The notes under the pieces: model-generated
Told to the model about the DNA's origin: nothing
Database searches by the model: none
What the model saw: only the letters and a program-made list of their open reading frames with translations
Made by a program: the position numbers and the translations under genes
Assembly (NCBI GenBank): GCA_977020255.1
Contig: CDROCS010005497.1
Location: 62,001 to 126,000 of the forward strand
DNA: 64,000 bases
Direction of reading: 5' to 3'
Source: Obrimoposthia wandeli
Lineage: Eukaryota
Shown here: piece by piece, positions 43,232 to 53,623 of the stretch
How the letters are laid out: each line of letters opens with the position of its first letter
How positions within the stretch are numbered: position 1 is the first letter of the stretch

Positions 43232-44125
43232 ATGATACCAGTAGTTAAAATAAACGAAAAAGTAATCTTAAACGATTCAGGATTTGTACAACAATGGGAC
43301 TTCTCTCGAGCTAACATGAGCTACGAGTCAAGAGTCAACGCAGTTACTCAAGTAGCATCTATCTGCTATCAATCACCCAAGGCACTGGATTCTCTATCAT
43401 TATTCAACCGCTTACAAGCTGAATCTGGTGGATTACCTTCAAGCTCTTACGAGTTTGTACCCATCTTATTAAAGAATGATACAACATTTGACGAAGTATA
43501 CACTAAATGTGAAGAGAACAAGACTTACGCTTCACAGGTGCCAAACTTTATAAAATACGGGACTGTTATTGAAGAAGGAAACTACTTCTTAACAAATTTA
43601 CGAGCCTTACTAGAAGACATCGGAGAAGAAGAGTCAAAGAACTACTTCAACACTTCCAAAAAAGAAATAGCAATCATTGCTAAAAACTTCAAAGTATTCC
43701 TATACAACATAGATGTACCAACTCGTACTCAAATGATTCGTCACAGAATTAACTGGCAAGAATTATCAAGAAGATACGTATCAGGTAAAAAGAACCCATT
43801 TACATTCTATACTTCAGATAAAATAGGTAAAATAGCTTTTACAGCTGAAGGCTCTAAATTTGAAGATGAGTTGAATTTCTGTTTCAAGTTTGATGAGTAC
43901 TTATCCTTATCAGTTTCTATGTATGATCAAGCAATTGCGGCAGGAGTTAAACCAGAAGAAGCTAGACGAATTTTACCCCAAGCGATGATGACCCAAATCT
44001 GGGGAGCATACCAACCATACCAGTTAGAAGCATTCACTAAATTAAGAAGTGATGCCCACGCACAAAAAGAAATCAGAGATGTATCAGACACGATGCAACT
44101 ACTATTAAAGGACTCAAATGTTTAA
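43232..44125 (+). CDS. thyX: FAD-dependent thymidylate synthase
   Basis: RHRINWQELSRRYV (RHRxxxxxxSxRY) motif; AQKEIR. Confidence 0.9.
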   Translation: MIPVVKINEKVILNDSGFVQQWDFSRANMSYESRVNAVTQVASICYQSPKALDSLSLFNRLQAESGGLPSSSYEFVPILLKNDTTFDEVYTKCEENKTYASQVPNFIKYGTVIEEGNYFLTNLRALLEDIGEEESKNYFNTSKKEIAIIAKNFKVFLYNIDVPTRTQMIRHRINWQELSRRYVSGKKNPFTFYTSDKIGKIAFTAEGSKFEDELNFCFKFDEYLSLSVSMYDQAIAAGVKPEEARRILPQAMMTQIWGAYQPYQLEAFTKLRSDAHAQKEIRDVSDTMQLLLKDSNV

Positions 44126-45621
44126 CAAGAAACCAACAGAACCTCAACTAGGAGAAATCTTAGAGGTATTCGAATCAGCCGCAACAAAGCTAACTACATT
44201 TGTAGAGGCTAAACAAGCAGAACAGGAAGCTATCCAAGCTAAATTAACAAGAGTATCTGACGACATCACTAAAGGTACATCAGTGCTAGCAAAGTTCAAA
44301 AACTTACTATCATAACTCTTACTAAGGACACCTATGGCACATTCACCTGAAAAGATAAAACTAGCAATCAAAGATATTCCACTACTAACTAATTCCCAGT
44401 TAGAGCACAACTTAAAATGTGCATCCTCTCAAAAAACCCCAACACTTAAAAAACTATATACTTCCTTCATCATAGCAGTAGAAAAGGAACGTAGAAAACG
44501 AGGGGTAAGAACTATCTCTACAAAACCTACCGCAGTTCGGGACACATCAAACCTTCACAATAACGATGCCGAAGACTTAGGTGCTAAGGCCTCAGACTAT
44601 GACTAGTTATTTCAAAACCTCAGTAGGCTCGTTAGTACCTTTCAAAGATATTGCTTTCTACTCTGCTAAAAAAGGAGAAGTCATATTCCTTGGTACTGAC
44701 AACTATGATGCCAAAATATCAGAGTCAGAGCAGGCTACCTTCGCAGAAACTTATGAAGCCTGGCTTATAGCGCAGGAAGCTGCTACACCAACTTTAGGAA
44801 AACAACATGAACACTGAAATTCAAGCTTACTACGAAACATCGTCTGAGTTCATAGTCTTTAGGAACCTTATTTTTATTAGTAAGATTAACTTAACCTGTG
44901 AATCCTCTGACTTCAGACATAAGCTATCTGATACTGCATTTTCTAAGTTTCTAACTGCCTACAAGTTATGGCTAAACCATACCCATAAGCAAAAAGGACT
45001 TTCCTTTGACTAAGAAAAAACCTACTAAACAACGAAACCTTAACAAACTCCTAGAAGCTAAAGGTGAAATAAACTTAGCAACCCGTACAGGCAAAGAAGC
45101 TAACCCAAAATACTCTCGTAAAGAGAAGCATAAGGATAACCATGGCTAAAACTTATTTTGAATATGCTGATGGAGATATACTCCTATTTCGTGCAGTAAT
45201 TGTAGTCTCAAATAATAAAGCTCTAACAGAGAGCGGAAAAACCTATCTCCTCCATGACGAAACAGACAGGTTCAAAGCCGAGCTTAAATACTACCTTGAC
45301 TCACTAGAAAATAACCCCTTAAAACTCTAACACCACTAGAGAAAACAAACTCACTAAGCATAAGGAGAACCTATGAACACTTTAAAAATGACTAAAGATC
45401 CATTCTATAAGGACTCTGAAGACCTTTACGGAGTTCTTCCAGACGACTTCAAAGTAATAGCAACAATGCTTTACCCCGACGCTCTCAATCAAAAGATTAC
45501 ATGGGCTAAGAAACTAGCAAACGAATTAACACTAATCCATTATCTAAAAAGTGACTCTTATCGTATCAAGCGTGTAACAAACGCAATCAAATACAACCAA
45601 GCAGCATTAGCAGAACTATAA
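44118..45621 (+). other. Small hypothetical genes (44118-44315, 44334-44606, 44599-44817, 44807-45013, 45142-45330, 45373-45621)
   Basis: Co-oriented ORFs with RBS. Confidence 0.55.
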
Positions 45622-45697
45622 CATACTCTCTAAACAGGAGCCACAAACTGGGGATTAACGTTTTCCCACCAGTATAAACACAAGGGAAACTCATTAT

Positions 45698-45776
45698 CGT
45701 GGACTAGCACAACTACAAGAGTGCACCTGGCGTTGGAGTCAGGAGGTTACAAGTGTAAGCCCTGTGTCCACGACCA
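45698..45776 (+). tRNA. Aberrant tRNA-Pro-like RNA
   Basis: Perfect acceptor CGTGGAC/GTCCACG plus ACCA, GCAC/GTGC D stem, 8-nt anticodon loop containing TGG, non-canonical T loop. Confidence 0.55.
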
Positions 45777-45780
45777 TTAC

Positions 45781-45845
45781 GAAGTAAGTTGAAACGTCGG
45801 TTAACTCCCTGGGAAACGTTGGTTCGAGTCCAACCTTACTTCACC
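45781..45845 (+). ncRNA. Truncated tRNA-like RNA lacking a normal anticodon arm
   Basis: GAAGTAAG/CTTACTTC stem and canonical GTTGG-TTCGAGT-CCAAC T arm, only ~65 nt. Confidence 0.5.
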
Positions 45846-45846
45846 C

Positions 45847-45925
45847 CGTAACGTAGCTTAATATCTTAGAGCAGAGGGTCTCATGAGCCTCAAAGTACAG
45901 GTATAGAATCCTGTCGTTACAACCA
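45847..45925 (+). tRNA. tRNA-Met(CAT)-like, initiator-type C1.A72, atypical
   Basis: Loop CTCATGA, C1-A72 mismatch, ACCA end, bulged anticodon stem, 8-nt T loop. Confidence 0.6.
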
Positions 45926-46033
45926 CTTAGAGTTACTAGAGATGGCTAAATAGGCGAGGTTGTACCCTAGAGGTAACACAAGAATCCTATTGAAGACGTC
46001 ACATCAAATTTAAACAAATCAAAAGGAATTAAC

Positions 46034-46795
46034 ATGTCAAAAACAGTATTGCACGAATTATTAGCAGTAGAAACTTCACTAGGAGAAACTGCAAACAGAA
46101 TTACTAAAGAAACTACTAAGACGTTAGGAGAAAAACAATCTATCTTTACAGGTATGACTAAAGAAAATGAAATCTTTGCAGAAGAAGACCAGTTCAAAAA
46201 AGCAACTACAGAGTTCAAAGAAATTACTACAACGGTTGGAGAACAATTAAACTTCTTAGGCGAGAACGTTGCAAACTATTACGACGTACTTATTCAAAAA
46301 GAAGATGCAAACCAACGAGCTAAAGCTGACATCATCATAGACGGAACAACAATAGCTGCAAACGTACCATCAATCATGTTATTAGGATTAGAAAAGAAGT
46401 TAACAAGCCTATTAGGAACATATAATGCTATTCCTACATTAGATGCAGCTAAATCTTGGATACCAGCTACAGACAACTTAAAACCAGACGCTTTCAAGCA
46501 ACAACACCCAGAAGTTAGACAACAAACAGAAACTAAGAAAGAGTACATCACTATTTCCCCAGCAACTGAAAGACATCAAGCTCAAATAACTACTCAAGAT
46601 AAAGTTACAATTGTTGGCTCATGGACTACAGTAAACTTCTCTGGAGCAATTACTTCAGTAGATAAAGCAAACAAGCTTAGAAGATTAACAAAACTAATCA
46701 GAGCTGTTAAATCTGCGAGACAAAGAGCTAACACAGTAGAAGTAAACACAGAATTATCAATCGGTTCTGCATTCTTCGCCTACGTTAATAACTAA
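46034..46795 (+). CDS. Coiled-coil hypothetical protein flanked by tRNA-like RNAs
   Basis: Strong RBS, highly biased codons, LHELLAVE N-terminus. Confidence 0.75.
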   Translation: MSKTVLHELLAVETSLGETANRITKETTKTLGEKQSIFTGMTKENEIFAEEDQFKKATTEFKEITTTVGEQLNFLGENVANYYDVLIQKEDANQRAKADIIIDGTTIAANVPSIMLLGLEKKLTSLLGTYNAIPTLDAAKSWIPATDNLKPDAFKQQHPEVRQQTETKKEYITISPATERHQAQITTQDKVTIVGSWTTVNFSGAITSVDKANKLRRLTKLIRAVKSARQRANTVEVNTELSIGSAFFAYVNN

Positions 46796-47060
46796 CACCA
46801 CTGGGATATTTTAGGAGCTTATCACCCACCAAAAGATAATCTCACAAGGCATTACTTAGTAATGTTTACTACAGCTAAGTCTATATCTAATAGCTTTAGT
46901 TGTGGTAAACTTATTATCGTAATCATTTTTACCCTCGGCCCGGACAGAGTTCCAATGCTGAGTCATTCTTATTTTATTGCACCACAATAAATTAAGTCCA
47001 TATACTTTTAACAATAGTTAGCAACTTCTCGGATACAGCTTAACTGCTGATCCACACTTC

Positions 47061-47136
47061 AAGTCTTGTCGACAGTTCGATCCTGTCTCGGGCCTCCAAT
47101 TAATGGCCCGATAGCTCAGCGGTAGAGTAAAGACTT
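47061..47136 (+). ncRNA. Circularly permuted tRNA-like gene (3' half precedes 5' half)
   Basis: 3' half AAGTCTT-GTC-GACAG TTCGATC CTGTC-TCGGGCC-T-CCA, then ATTAAT, then 5' half GGCCCGA-TA-GCTC AGCGGTA GAGT-A-AAGACTT. Confidence 0.65.
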
Positions 47137-47251
47137 ATAACTTATACTAAAACAAGTTGACTAAACATATAAACAAAGTAGAACAACATACTAATTAATA
47201 GACTGCACAAGTATTTGAAATTTGCCCGCAGTCAGCAAATTAAACATGAAA

Positions 47252-47287
47252 GGGAGTTAGGAACAGGAATAGTCCTAACTTCCACCA
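47252..47287 (+). ncRNA. CCA-ended minihelix
   Basis: 11-bp stem GGGAGTTAGGA/TCCTAACTTCC followed by ACCA. Confidence 0.4.
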
Positions 47288-47367
47288 GTCGTAGTAGCTC
47301 AGTTGGTAGAGCGCCTTCCCTGTAAAATGGAGAAGAGGTCGCAGGTTCAAGTCCTGCCGTCGGCACC
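47288..47367 (+). tRNA. Degenerate tRNA-like gene (Tyr-type loop CTGTAAA)
   Basis: Canonical D arm GCTC-AGTTGGTA-GAGC and T arm GCAGG-TTCAAGT-CCTGC; mismatched acceptor; enlarged anticodon loop. Confidence 0.5.
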
Positions 47368-47388
47368 TAAACTAAGTAAAGGTAAAAC

Positions 47389-48607
47389 ATGACACAAGAA
47401 TTCATTGATACATTAAAAGAAAAAAGAGAAAAATGGACAACGCTATCCACTCAAAGAGAAAAAGCCAAAGTAAAAGAAAACAAAGCGAGTGATGAGTACT
47501 TCAACCACGCACATCAATGTGACCATAAGCTCCCAGACGGTACAGGAGCTTATGAACCAGTACTATACCTTAGTCGATGCACTATCTGCGGAGACATGGG
47601 CTAAACAACTATGGATCTCTTATACACGGGAGACGAAGAGCAGTACAAAGAGTACTGTATCCATACCTCATTGTTCACCTCCTAAGAACACAAAGCTTGC
47701 ACCTTACTGCATACGCAAGATACTTAGTTACTTTAGAGTACAGTATGTGATGTACAGACGCCTCCTAAGGAGAAGACAGTCGGAATAGGGTAAGCCCTAA
47801 CAAAGTCATACCTAAGTATCTTGACGTTCACATAAAGGACCAAAAAAATGAGACTTCACGAAAGTTTACTCTTAAACACCTCAGTACTAATAAACTTTGA
47901 CCTAGTGTTTTCTATGTATATAACTTCTTCTTCTGTCCCGACATTCATTAAGAATACTAGCCTATTTTACCAAGCATCAAGTAGTAAAGCCTTCATAGAA
48001 TTGACTACAGGCAACATAGTAGCAAACAATCTTACTTTCTTGTTAGAAAGACTACAAGACTTAGACTTAACTTATACTAGAATACACCGTATTTCTACAG
48101 ATAACACCGACAGTAGACGCTATGCAGCAAGACATGCGAAAGACAGAAAAAGAGCGGAAGAAAACGTTCAAGCAGAGAAAGCCCGACTAGAGCCTTTTAA
48201 ATCAGCCTCTCAACCACTATTTCACCATTCAATTACCTTAAAAAGCGCTTCTAACGAAGAAAACGTAGAATTCTATTCCCTAGCAGAGCTAACTCATGCA
48301 GAAATAATAAGCCAATTACGCTCAACTATCTCAATACCAAAGGAACGACACGCACTTTATAAAATACAATAATGTGATGTATCTAAAGACTATATAAATG
48401 AAAGTACTTAAAAGAACGAGCAACCATAAAACTAAGACAAGAGAAGTAAACTGTTCTAGATGTAAATCAACACTAGAAGTAACAAAGAAAGACATTAAGA
48501 AAAAAGTTAAGAGTGGAAATGACAGAGGTGAAAGCTATCAGTACACTACACACTTTTATATTTGCCCTGTCTGTGGTAAAAAAACTATAACGAGTGAGAC
48601 ACTATGA
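47389..48607 (+). other. Hypothetical genes (47389-47604 and 48398-48607 zinc-ribbon-like, 47848-48372)
   Basis: CxxC pairs in two ORFs; co-oriented. Confidence 0.55.
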
Positions 48608-49632
48608 AGAAATTTATAAAATACAACAGTATAGAACAATTCCGTACAGTAGTTAAGAATATCCAGCACCAAGCTGCCTACGAAGGTCAAGACGACCAAG
48701 ATGAACCTATCTTTGATTACCTTAAGCCTAAACCAATTATCACCGTGAAAGCTACTGAAAAGGTACATGGAACTAATGCAGCATTCTGCCTAAACTCTGA
48801 AGAATCTTGGGTACAATCTCGTAACAACATTATTACTCCGGAAACTGACAACGCAGGATGTGCAGCATTCTGTCAATTACATCATTCCCAATTCAGAGAC
48901 ATCATAATTCTAATTGCTAAAAACAACAGCATCAGTCTCGCAGACAATACAATAGCCTTATTCTTCGAATGGGCAGGTGGAAGCATCCAAAAGAACTCAG
49001 CCTTATCTGGTCTTGGAAAGTCAGCAATACTATTCGCTTCATGTAAAGTAGTATCAAACAACGAAGACATACCTTCAACTTGGATTTCTACAGGAACTTT
49101 CCAACGTCCTGAAGCAGGAATCCATAACATCTCAATATTTGCTAACTTCGAATTCATTATTGACTTCAACAAGCCTGAAAACATCCAAAATCAGCTTGTA
49201 GCTTGTATGGAAGCAGTTGAAGAGGAATCTCCATTAGGAGCAGCCCTTGGAAAACCTGGAAATATAGGAGAAGGCATAGTATGTGAATTCTTCTACGAGG
49301 AAGTCCGTCACGTATTCAAGGTAAAAGGTGAAAAACACTCAGCATCTAAAGTAAAGACACTATCTTCAGTAGATATGGCAAAACTAGCCGCAATAGACAA
49401 ATGTGCACTCTCAATCATCCATAATTGGAGATTTGACCAAGCAATTAAAGAAGTCTTTGGCGACGAAGACTTAGATAGAAAAAGAATAGGAGAATACCTT
49501 AAATGGGTATCTCAAGACACAATAAAAGAAGAACTAGATTTAATAGCAGAAGCAGGATTCACTCTAAAAGAAATAATGCCAAGAGTTAATAAAGCAGCTA
49601 CAGCATACTTCTTCACTATGGAGACCAAATGA
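48604..49632 (+). CDS. RNA ligase 2 (Rnl2-like)
   Basis: TEKVHGTN, LFFEW, GEGIV, VFKVK. Confidence 0.85.
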   Translation: MKKFIKYNSIEQFRTVVKNIQHQAAYEGQDDQDEPIFDYLKPKPIITVKATEKVHGTNAAFCLNSEESWVQSRNNIITPETDNAGCAAFCQLHHSQFRDIIILIAKNNSISLADNTIALFFEWAGGSIQKNSALSGLGKSAILFASCKVVSNNEDIPSTWISTGTFQRPEAGIHNISIFANFEFIIDFNKPENIQNQLVACMEAVEEESPLGAALGKPGNIGEGIVCEFFYEEVRHVFKVKGEKHSASKVKTLSSVDMAKLAAIDKCALSIIHNWRFDQAIKEVFGDEDLDRKRIGEYLKWVSQDTIKEELDLIAEAGFTLKEIMPRVNKAATAYFFTMETK

Positions 49633-50919
49633 AATACTTATTAATGAACCTGCTGATAATCACCTTATTAGTTTTTTCCGCAGAATACTCAATTCCAGTA
49701 ATCCCAACACTAATTTACATATTTACTTACTTCGGCTTAGCAGCAACAGTAGCAGTGGCCTACATTATTGAAATGCGTGGCTATAAGTTCTTAATTGAAA
49801 GTATGAGTCAAAAAGCAAAAGAAAATGTCCGAGATATCGTGTCTCCTCTATTCACAGTAATTGTGTCAGGTACAACAGTAATAACACTACTACTAACTGG
49901 TGCACCTGTAACTGCCGCAGTCTTAACATTTGCAGTTATACTTAGAATACTCTACATCAACCCATTAAAGGAAATAATACAATGAACAGATATACAAGAT
50001 TTATAATGAATAACCCTCAAGTTTTAGTACCAGGTACCGTAATGACGGAAACAGAATTATGCAGAGGATTTAGCATTGCTAGACCAGACTTCTCAACTAT
50101 GAGTGACAGAGCCATCATTAAAAGCTCAACTAATTTCTCATTAAGAAGAGCTACAGCGTATACAGGCCTAAACAAATACCTTAGACAGAGAGGCGTAGTT
50201 ATTAAGCAAAAAACAACAGGCGTTACAACTAAATACTACGTTAGCACAGAAGATCAAGCAATTAGACAAATAACTGATTATACTAGAAGATCAGGTATCT
50301 TAGCTAACTGTGCCTCTCAATTAGAGACAGGCCACAGAGCTGCTCAAGTTGTAGGACTATATAACCCTTATCAGATTCCTGGTAGAAGATAACCGTCTAG
50401 ACACGACGTAAACTGTCATCTTTTATCCCCCGTCTTTAGGTAAAGACTTTAAACATTACTAAAAAAGGACACAGTTTTAAGGTTTCGTATCTCCTAAACG
50501 TATAGAAACCTTCTCAAATTAAATAAAGGAATCACAATGATTAAATTATTAACTATAGAGCTAGAAGCTTTTGAAAGTATGCCTGGAGCTATGATAAGAC
50601 TTGAAAAGAAAGCTAACAAACTGGCACTTAAAGGTTACTCACCACAAGGCACAGTGCTTATTGATAAAGAAGAAGACTCAATAACTCTATTAATGATTAA
50701 ATCTCAGCCATCAATGAGCTTAAAATGATTATCGAAGAAGTTCTCATCATATATAAAAGTTCCTGTTATGAGCTATCCGAGGAAATAAATAGATTAATAG
50801 CCCTCAACTATCAGCCAAGCGGAGATGTCTTCATCTTTGGCCAATACAATACTAGACTTGGCCAAAAGATGGTTAAATATTCACCAACTCAACCTCTACT
50901 AAAATTACAAGGAAACTAA
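49629..50919 (+). other. Hypothetical genes (49629-49985 membrane, 49982-50392, 50537-50728, 50725-50919)
   Basis: Overlapping stop/start codons; RBS. Confidence 0.55.
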
Positions 50920-52306
50920 ATGAACTACTTAAAAGCAGCATCAGCAATAGACGGATACAAAGCATCACACAAAGACCAATACCCAAAAGGTACAGACTAC
51001 GTATACTCTAACTTAACTCCAAGACACTCTAAGCACTTCGCTTACAAAGACTTCGACGGACGAGTAGTTGTATTCGGAAACCAATCAATGGTAAAATTCA
51101 TTCATGAATTATGGCAAGACACATTCTTTAACAAACCTGCTGACGAAGTAGTACCTGCACTATTCAGAAGATTATCAAACTACTCAGGGCATAAAGACGT
51201 ACAGCATTTCCATGACTTACACAGAAAAGGTTGCTTACCAGTAGTAATAAAATCCTTAGTAGAAGGTACTAAATCACCATTAGGTGTACCAACATTAACA
51301 ATTGCAAACACACACAAAGACTTTGCATGGATCGTTAACTACCTAGAAACAATCATCTCTGCAGAATCATGGCACACTATGACTTCAGCAACAGTATCAC
51401 ACCAATACAAGAAACTATTAAAACAATGGTCAGACTTAACGTGTGACGACGAATTACACTTACCATTCCAAGCCCACGATTTCTCAATGAGAGGACAAAC
51501 ATCTGTACACTCTGCAGCTAAATCTGGAGCTGGACATTTACTTTCGTTCGCTGGAACTGACACTGTACCTTCGATAGACTTCTTAGAGTACTACTACAAA
51601 GCTGACTGTGAACAGGAACTAGTAGGTTGCTCAATTCCCGCAACTGAGCATTCGACTATGACGACTGGAATCCAAGTAAACATGGACAAAGGTTTATCAT
51701 TACGAGATGCCGAAACAAAAGTATTCAAAAGACTATTAACTAAAACATATCCAACAGGACTATTTGCAGCAGTTTCAGACAGTTACAACTTCTGGGACAC
51801 ATTAACAATAACATTACCTAAACTAAAATCAGAAATTTTAGCAAGACCTATGACAGTAATTAGAAATATAGGAGATCCAACAGCTCCGGGTAAACTAGTT
51901 ATTAGGCCTGATTCTGGAAATCCTATTGATGTTATCTGTGGATTTAGAGTATTAGAAGGGGACCATACAGATGGAGTAAACAAAACACTAGTATTAGATA
52001 ATAACTATAACGTAATTTTAGACAATGGAGTGTACTATAAAGTAGATGGATATTATCACGATGATGGCTGCTGGGTAAACACTCACGCTAATGAAACCAA
52101 CATTACAGCTTCAGAAGCAAAAGGTGCTATCCAAGTATTATGGGAAATCTTTGGAGGAACTACGAACTCTAAAGGTTACAAAGTACTTGACCCTCACATC
52201 GGACTAATCTACGGAGACTCAATCACTCTTGACAGAGCTGACGAAATCTGTAAAAGATTAGAATCACAAGGCTTTGCATCTTCCAATATCGTATTTGGAA
52301 TTGGGT
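50920..52306 (+). CDS. nadV: Nicotinamide phosphoribosyltransferase-like protein, exon 1
   Basis: DGYKASH, HDFSMRG, IPATEHS, VSDSYNFW, IRPDSG, IYGDSIT; splicing restores NIVFGIGSYSFQ. Confidence 0.88.
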
Positions 52307-52590
52307 TAACTTATAATGGCCCCTTTAAGAAGTAATTCTTATCGAAAAACTTATTGAATTGCGGGAACTTTCGACAATCATAAACTACTAAACCTAGGTG
52401 GCGACACACTAGGTGGTGAGAATTAACTACTCTCAGTACAGTAAAAAGGTCTATGATCGATCAATCCGCAGCCAAGCCTCTCAGAAATGAGTGGAAGGTT
52501 CAGAGACTATCCCGAAAGGGAGTAGGCCCGTCAGGCCGAAGCAGTAAGCCCCTACTAAGGTAGGGTGATGATATAGTCCATTCAGTTACT

Positions 52591-52622
52591 TAAGTATTAA
52601 TTAAGTGCTAGTATGTTATACT
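52591..52622 (+). promoter_or_regulatory. Internal promoter for the intron endonuclease
   Basis: TAAGT attaa TTAAG tgctagtaTGt TATACT followed by a CAGGAG RBS. Confidence 0.6.
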
Positions 52623-52650
52623 TGTTAAATAGAGACAGGAGACATACAAC

Positions 52651-53616
52651 ATGACAAACAAAGAAAAATTTATAGAAAAAGCAAATAGAAAGTACAGTAA
52701 TAAATTTGATTATTCACAGTTCACATACCTCAACGCTAAGACCAAAGGGACCCTAGTCTGCCCTACACATGGAGAATTTCTTCAAAACCCTGATAAGCAC
52801 CTTACATCTAAATATGGATGTCCAGTATGTGCATTAGAAGGAAGAATAGAAACATCTACAGGGGTATCTACAGTAGGCTGCCCTAAATATACTTGGGAAG
52901 AGCAGAAGAGTAGACTGGAAACTAGGTTTCCTTCACTTACATTCACCTGTGAAAAATATGAAGTAACTACTTCAACTGTAATAGGACTATGCCCAGAACA
53001 TGGGACGTTTGAAACAACATCAGCCACATTACTTAGAAAAAATGCTAAGTTTGGATGTAAGTCCTGTGGAGTTGCTGGAGCGAAAGCCACAAGAACCGGG
53101 ACTTTCAGAGAATTTATCTTACAAGCTTCCAAAATATTCAATAACAAGTACACTTATAAGTGTGATAATTACATGAATAAGAAGAGTATAGTTACCTGTA
53201 CATGTGATGTACATGGGGACTTTAATAAATCTGCTCAAAAGCATGTAGGGGGCCAAGGTTGTCCTAGATGTAATATTGATGCCCTTATACTCCAAGGAAA
53301 ACTCCCTGGAGGTTACTGTGAAACTATATTTTCTCGCAGCGATGCATTAAAAAATAAACCTGCTACAATCTACTACCTAAAAATGGGTAGCCTATACAAA
53401 ATAGGAATAACTATAAATTTAAAACGAAGACTATCAAACATATCCTCAAAAGCTTCTATACCTATAGAAGTGATAGACACCTTTGATACATCACTATATG
53501 AGGCATACCTTTTAGAGCAACAGCTTCTAGAAAAGTATGCAGAGTATAGGACAAGTAATGAATTCTCGACAGAGCTTTTTACTTGGGATGTACTAGAAGG
53601 AAAAATACTTAAGTAA
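52651..53616 (+). CDS. Intron-encoded homing endonuclease (CPxHG zinc-ribbon repeats plus GIY-YIG-like C-terminus)
   Basis: Three CPxHGxF...GCPxC repeats; IYYLK...LYKIGIT...RRL. Confidence 0.8.
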   Translation: MTNKEKFIEKANRKYSNKFDYSQFTYLNAKTKGTLVCPTHGEFLQNPDKHLTSKYGCPVCALEGRIETSTGVSTVGCPKYTWEEQKSRLETRFPSLTFTCEKYEVTTSTVIGLCPEHGTFETTSATLLRKNAKFGCKSCGVAGAKATRTGTFREFILQASKIFNNKYTYKCDNYMNKKSIVTCTCDVHGDFNKSAQKHVGGQGCPRCNIDALILQGKLPGGYCETIFSRSDALKNKPATIYYLKMGSLYKIGITINLKRRLSNISSKASIPIEVIDTFDTSLYEAYLLEQQLLEKYAEYRTSNEFSTELFTWDVLEGKILK

Positions 53617-53623
53617 CTGAATG

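Larger units (their letters stand above)
52307..53623 (+). mobile_element. Group I self-splicing intron carrying a homing endonuclease in P9
   Basis: 5' exon ends in U pairing with GCCC guide; core elements AATTGCGGGAA, AATCCGCAGC, GTTCAGAGACTA, ATATAGTCC; terminal G; removal gives a 559-aa in-frame product. Confidence 0.9.

Noticed and set aside
45622-45697. A third leader-peptide attenuator before the plus-strand tRNA-like cluster
   Set aside because: A hairpin is present but no RBS-led short ORF and no U-tract terminator.
47489-47788. 99-aa plus-strand ORF
   Set aside because: Overlaps 47389-47604 out of frame, lacks an RBS and has atypical composition.
50393-50536. Small ribozyme-like motif around ACGACGTAAACTGTC
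   Set aside because: Could not assemble a hammerhead, pistol or twister core by eye; needs an Infernal search.
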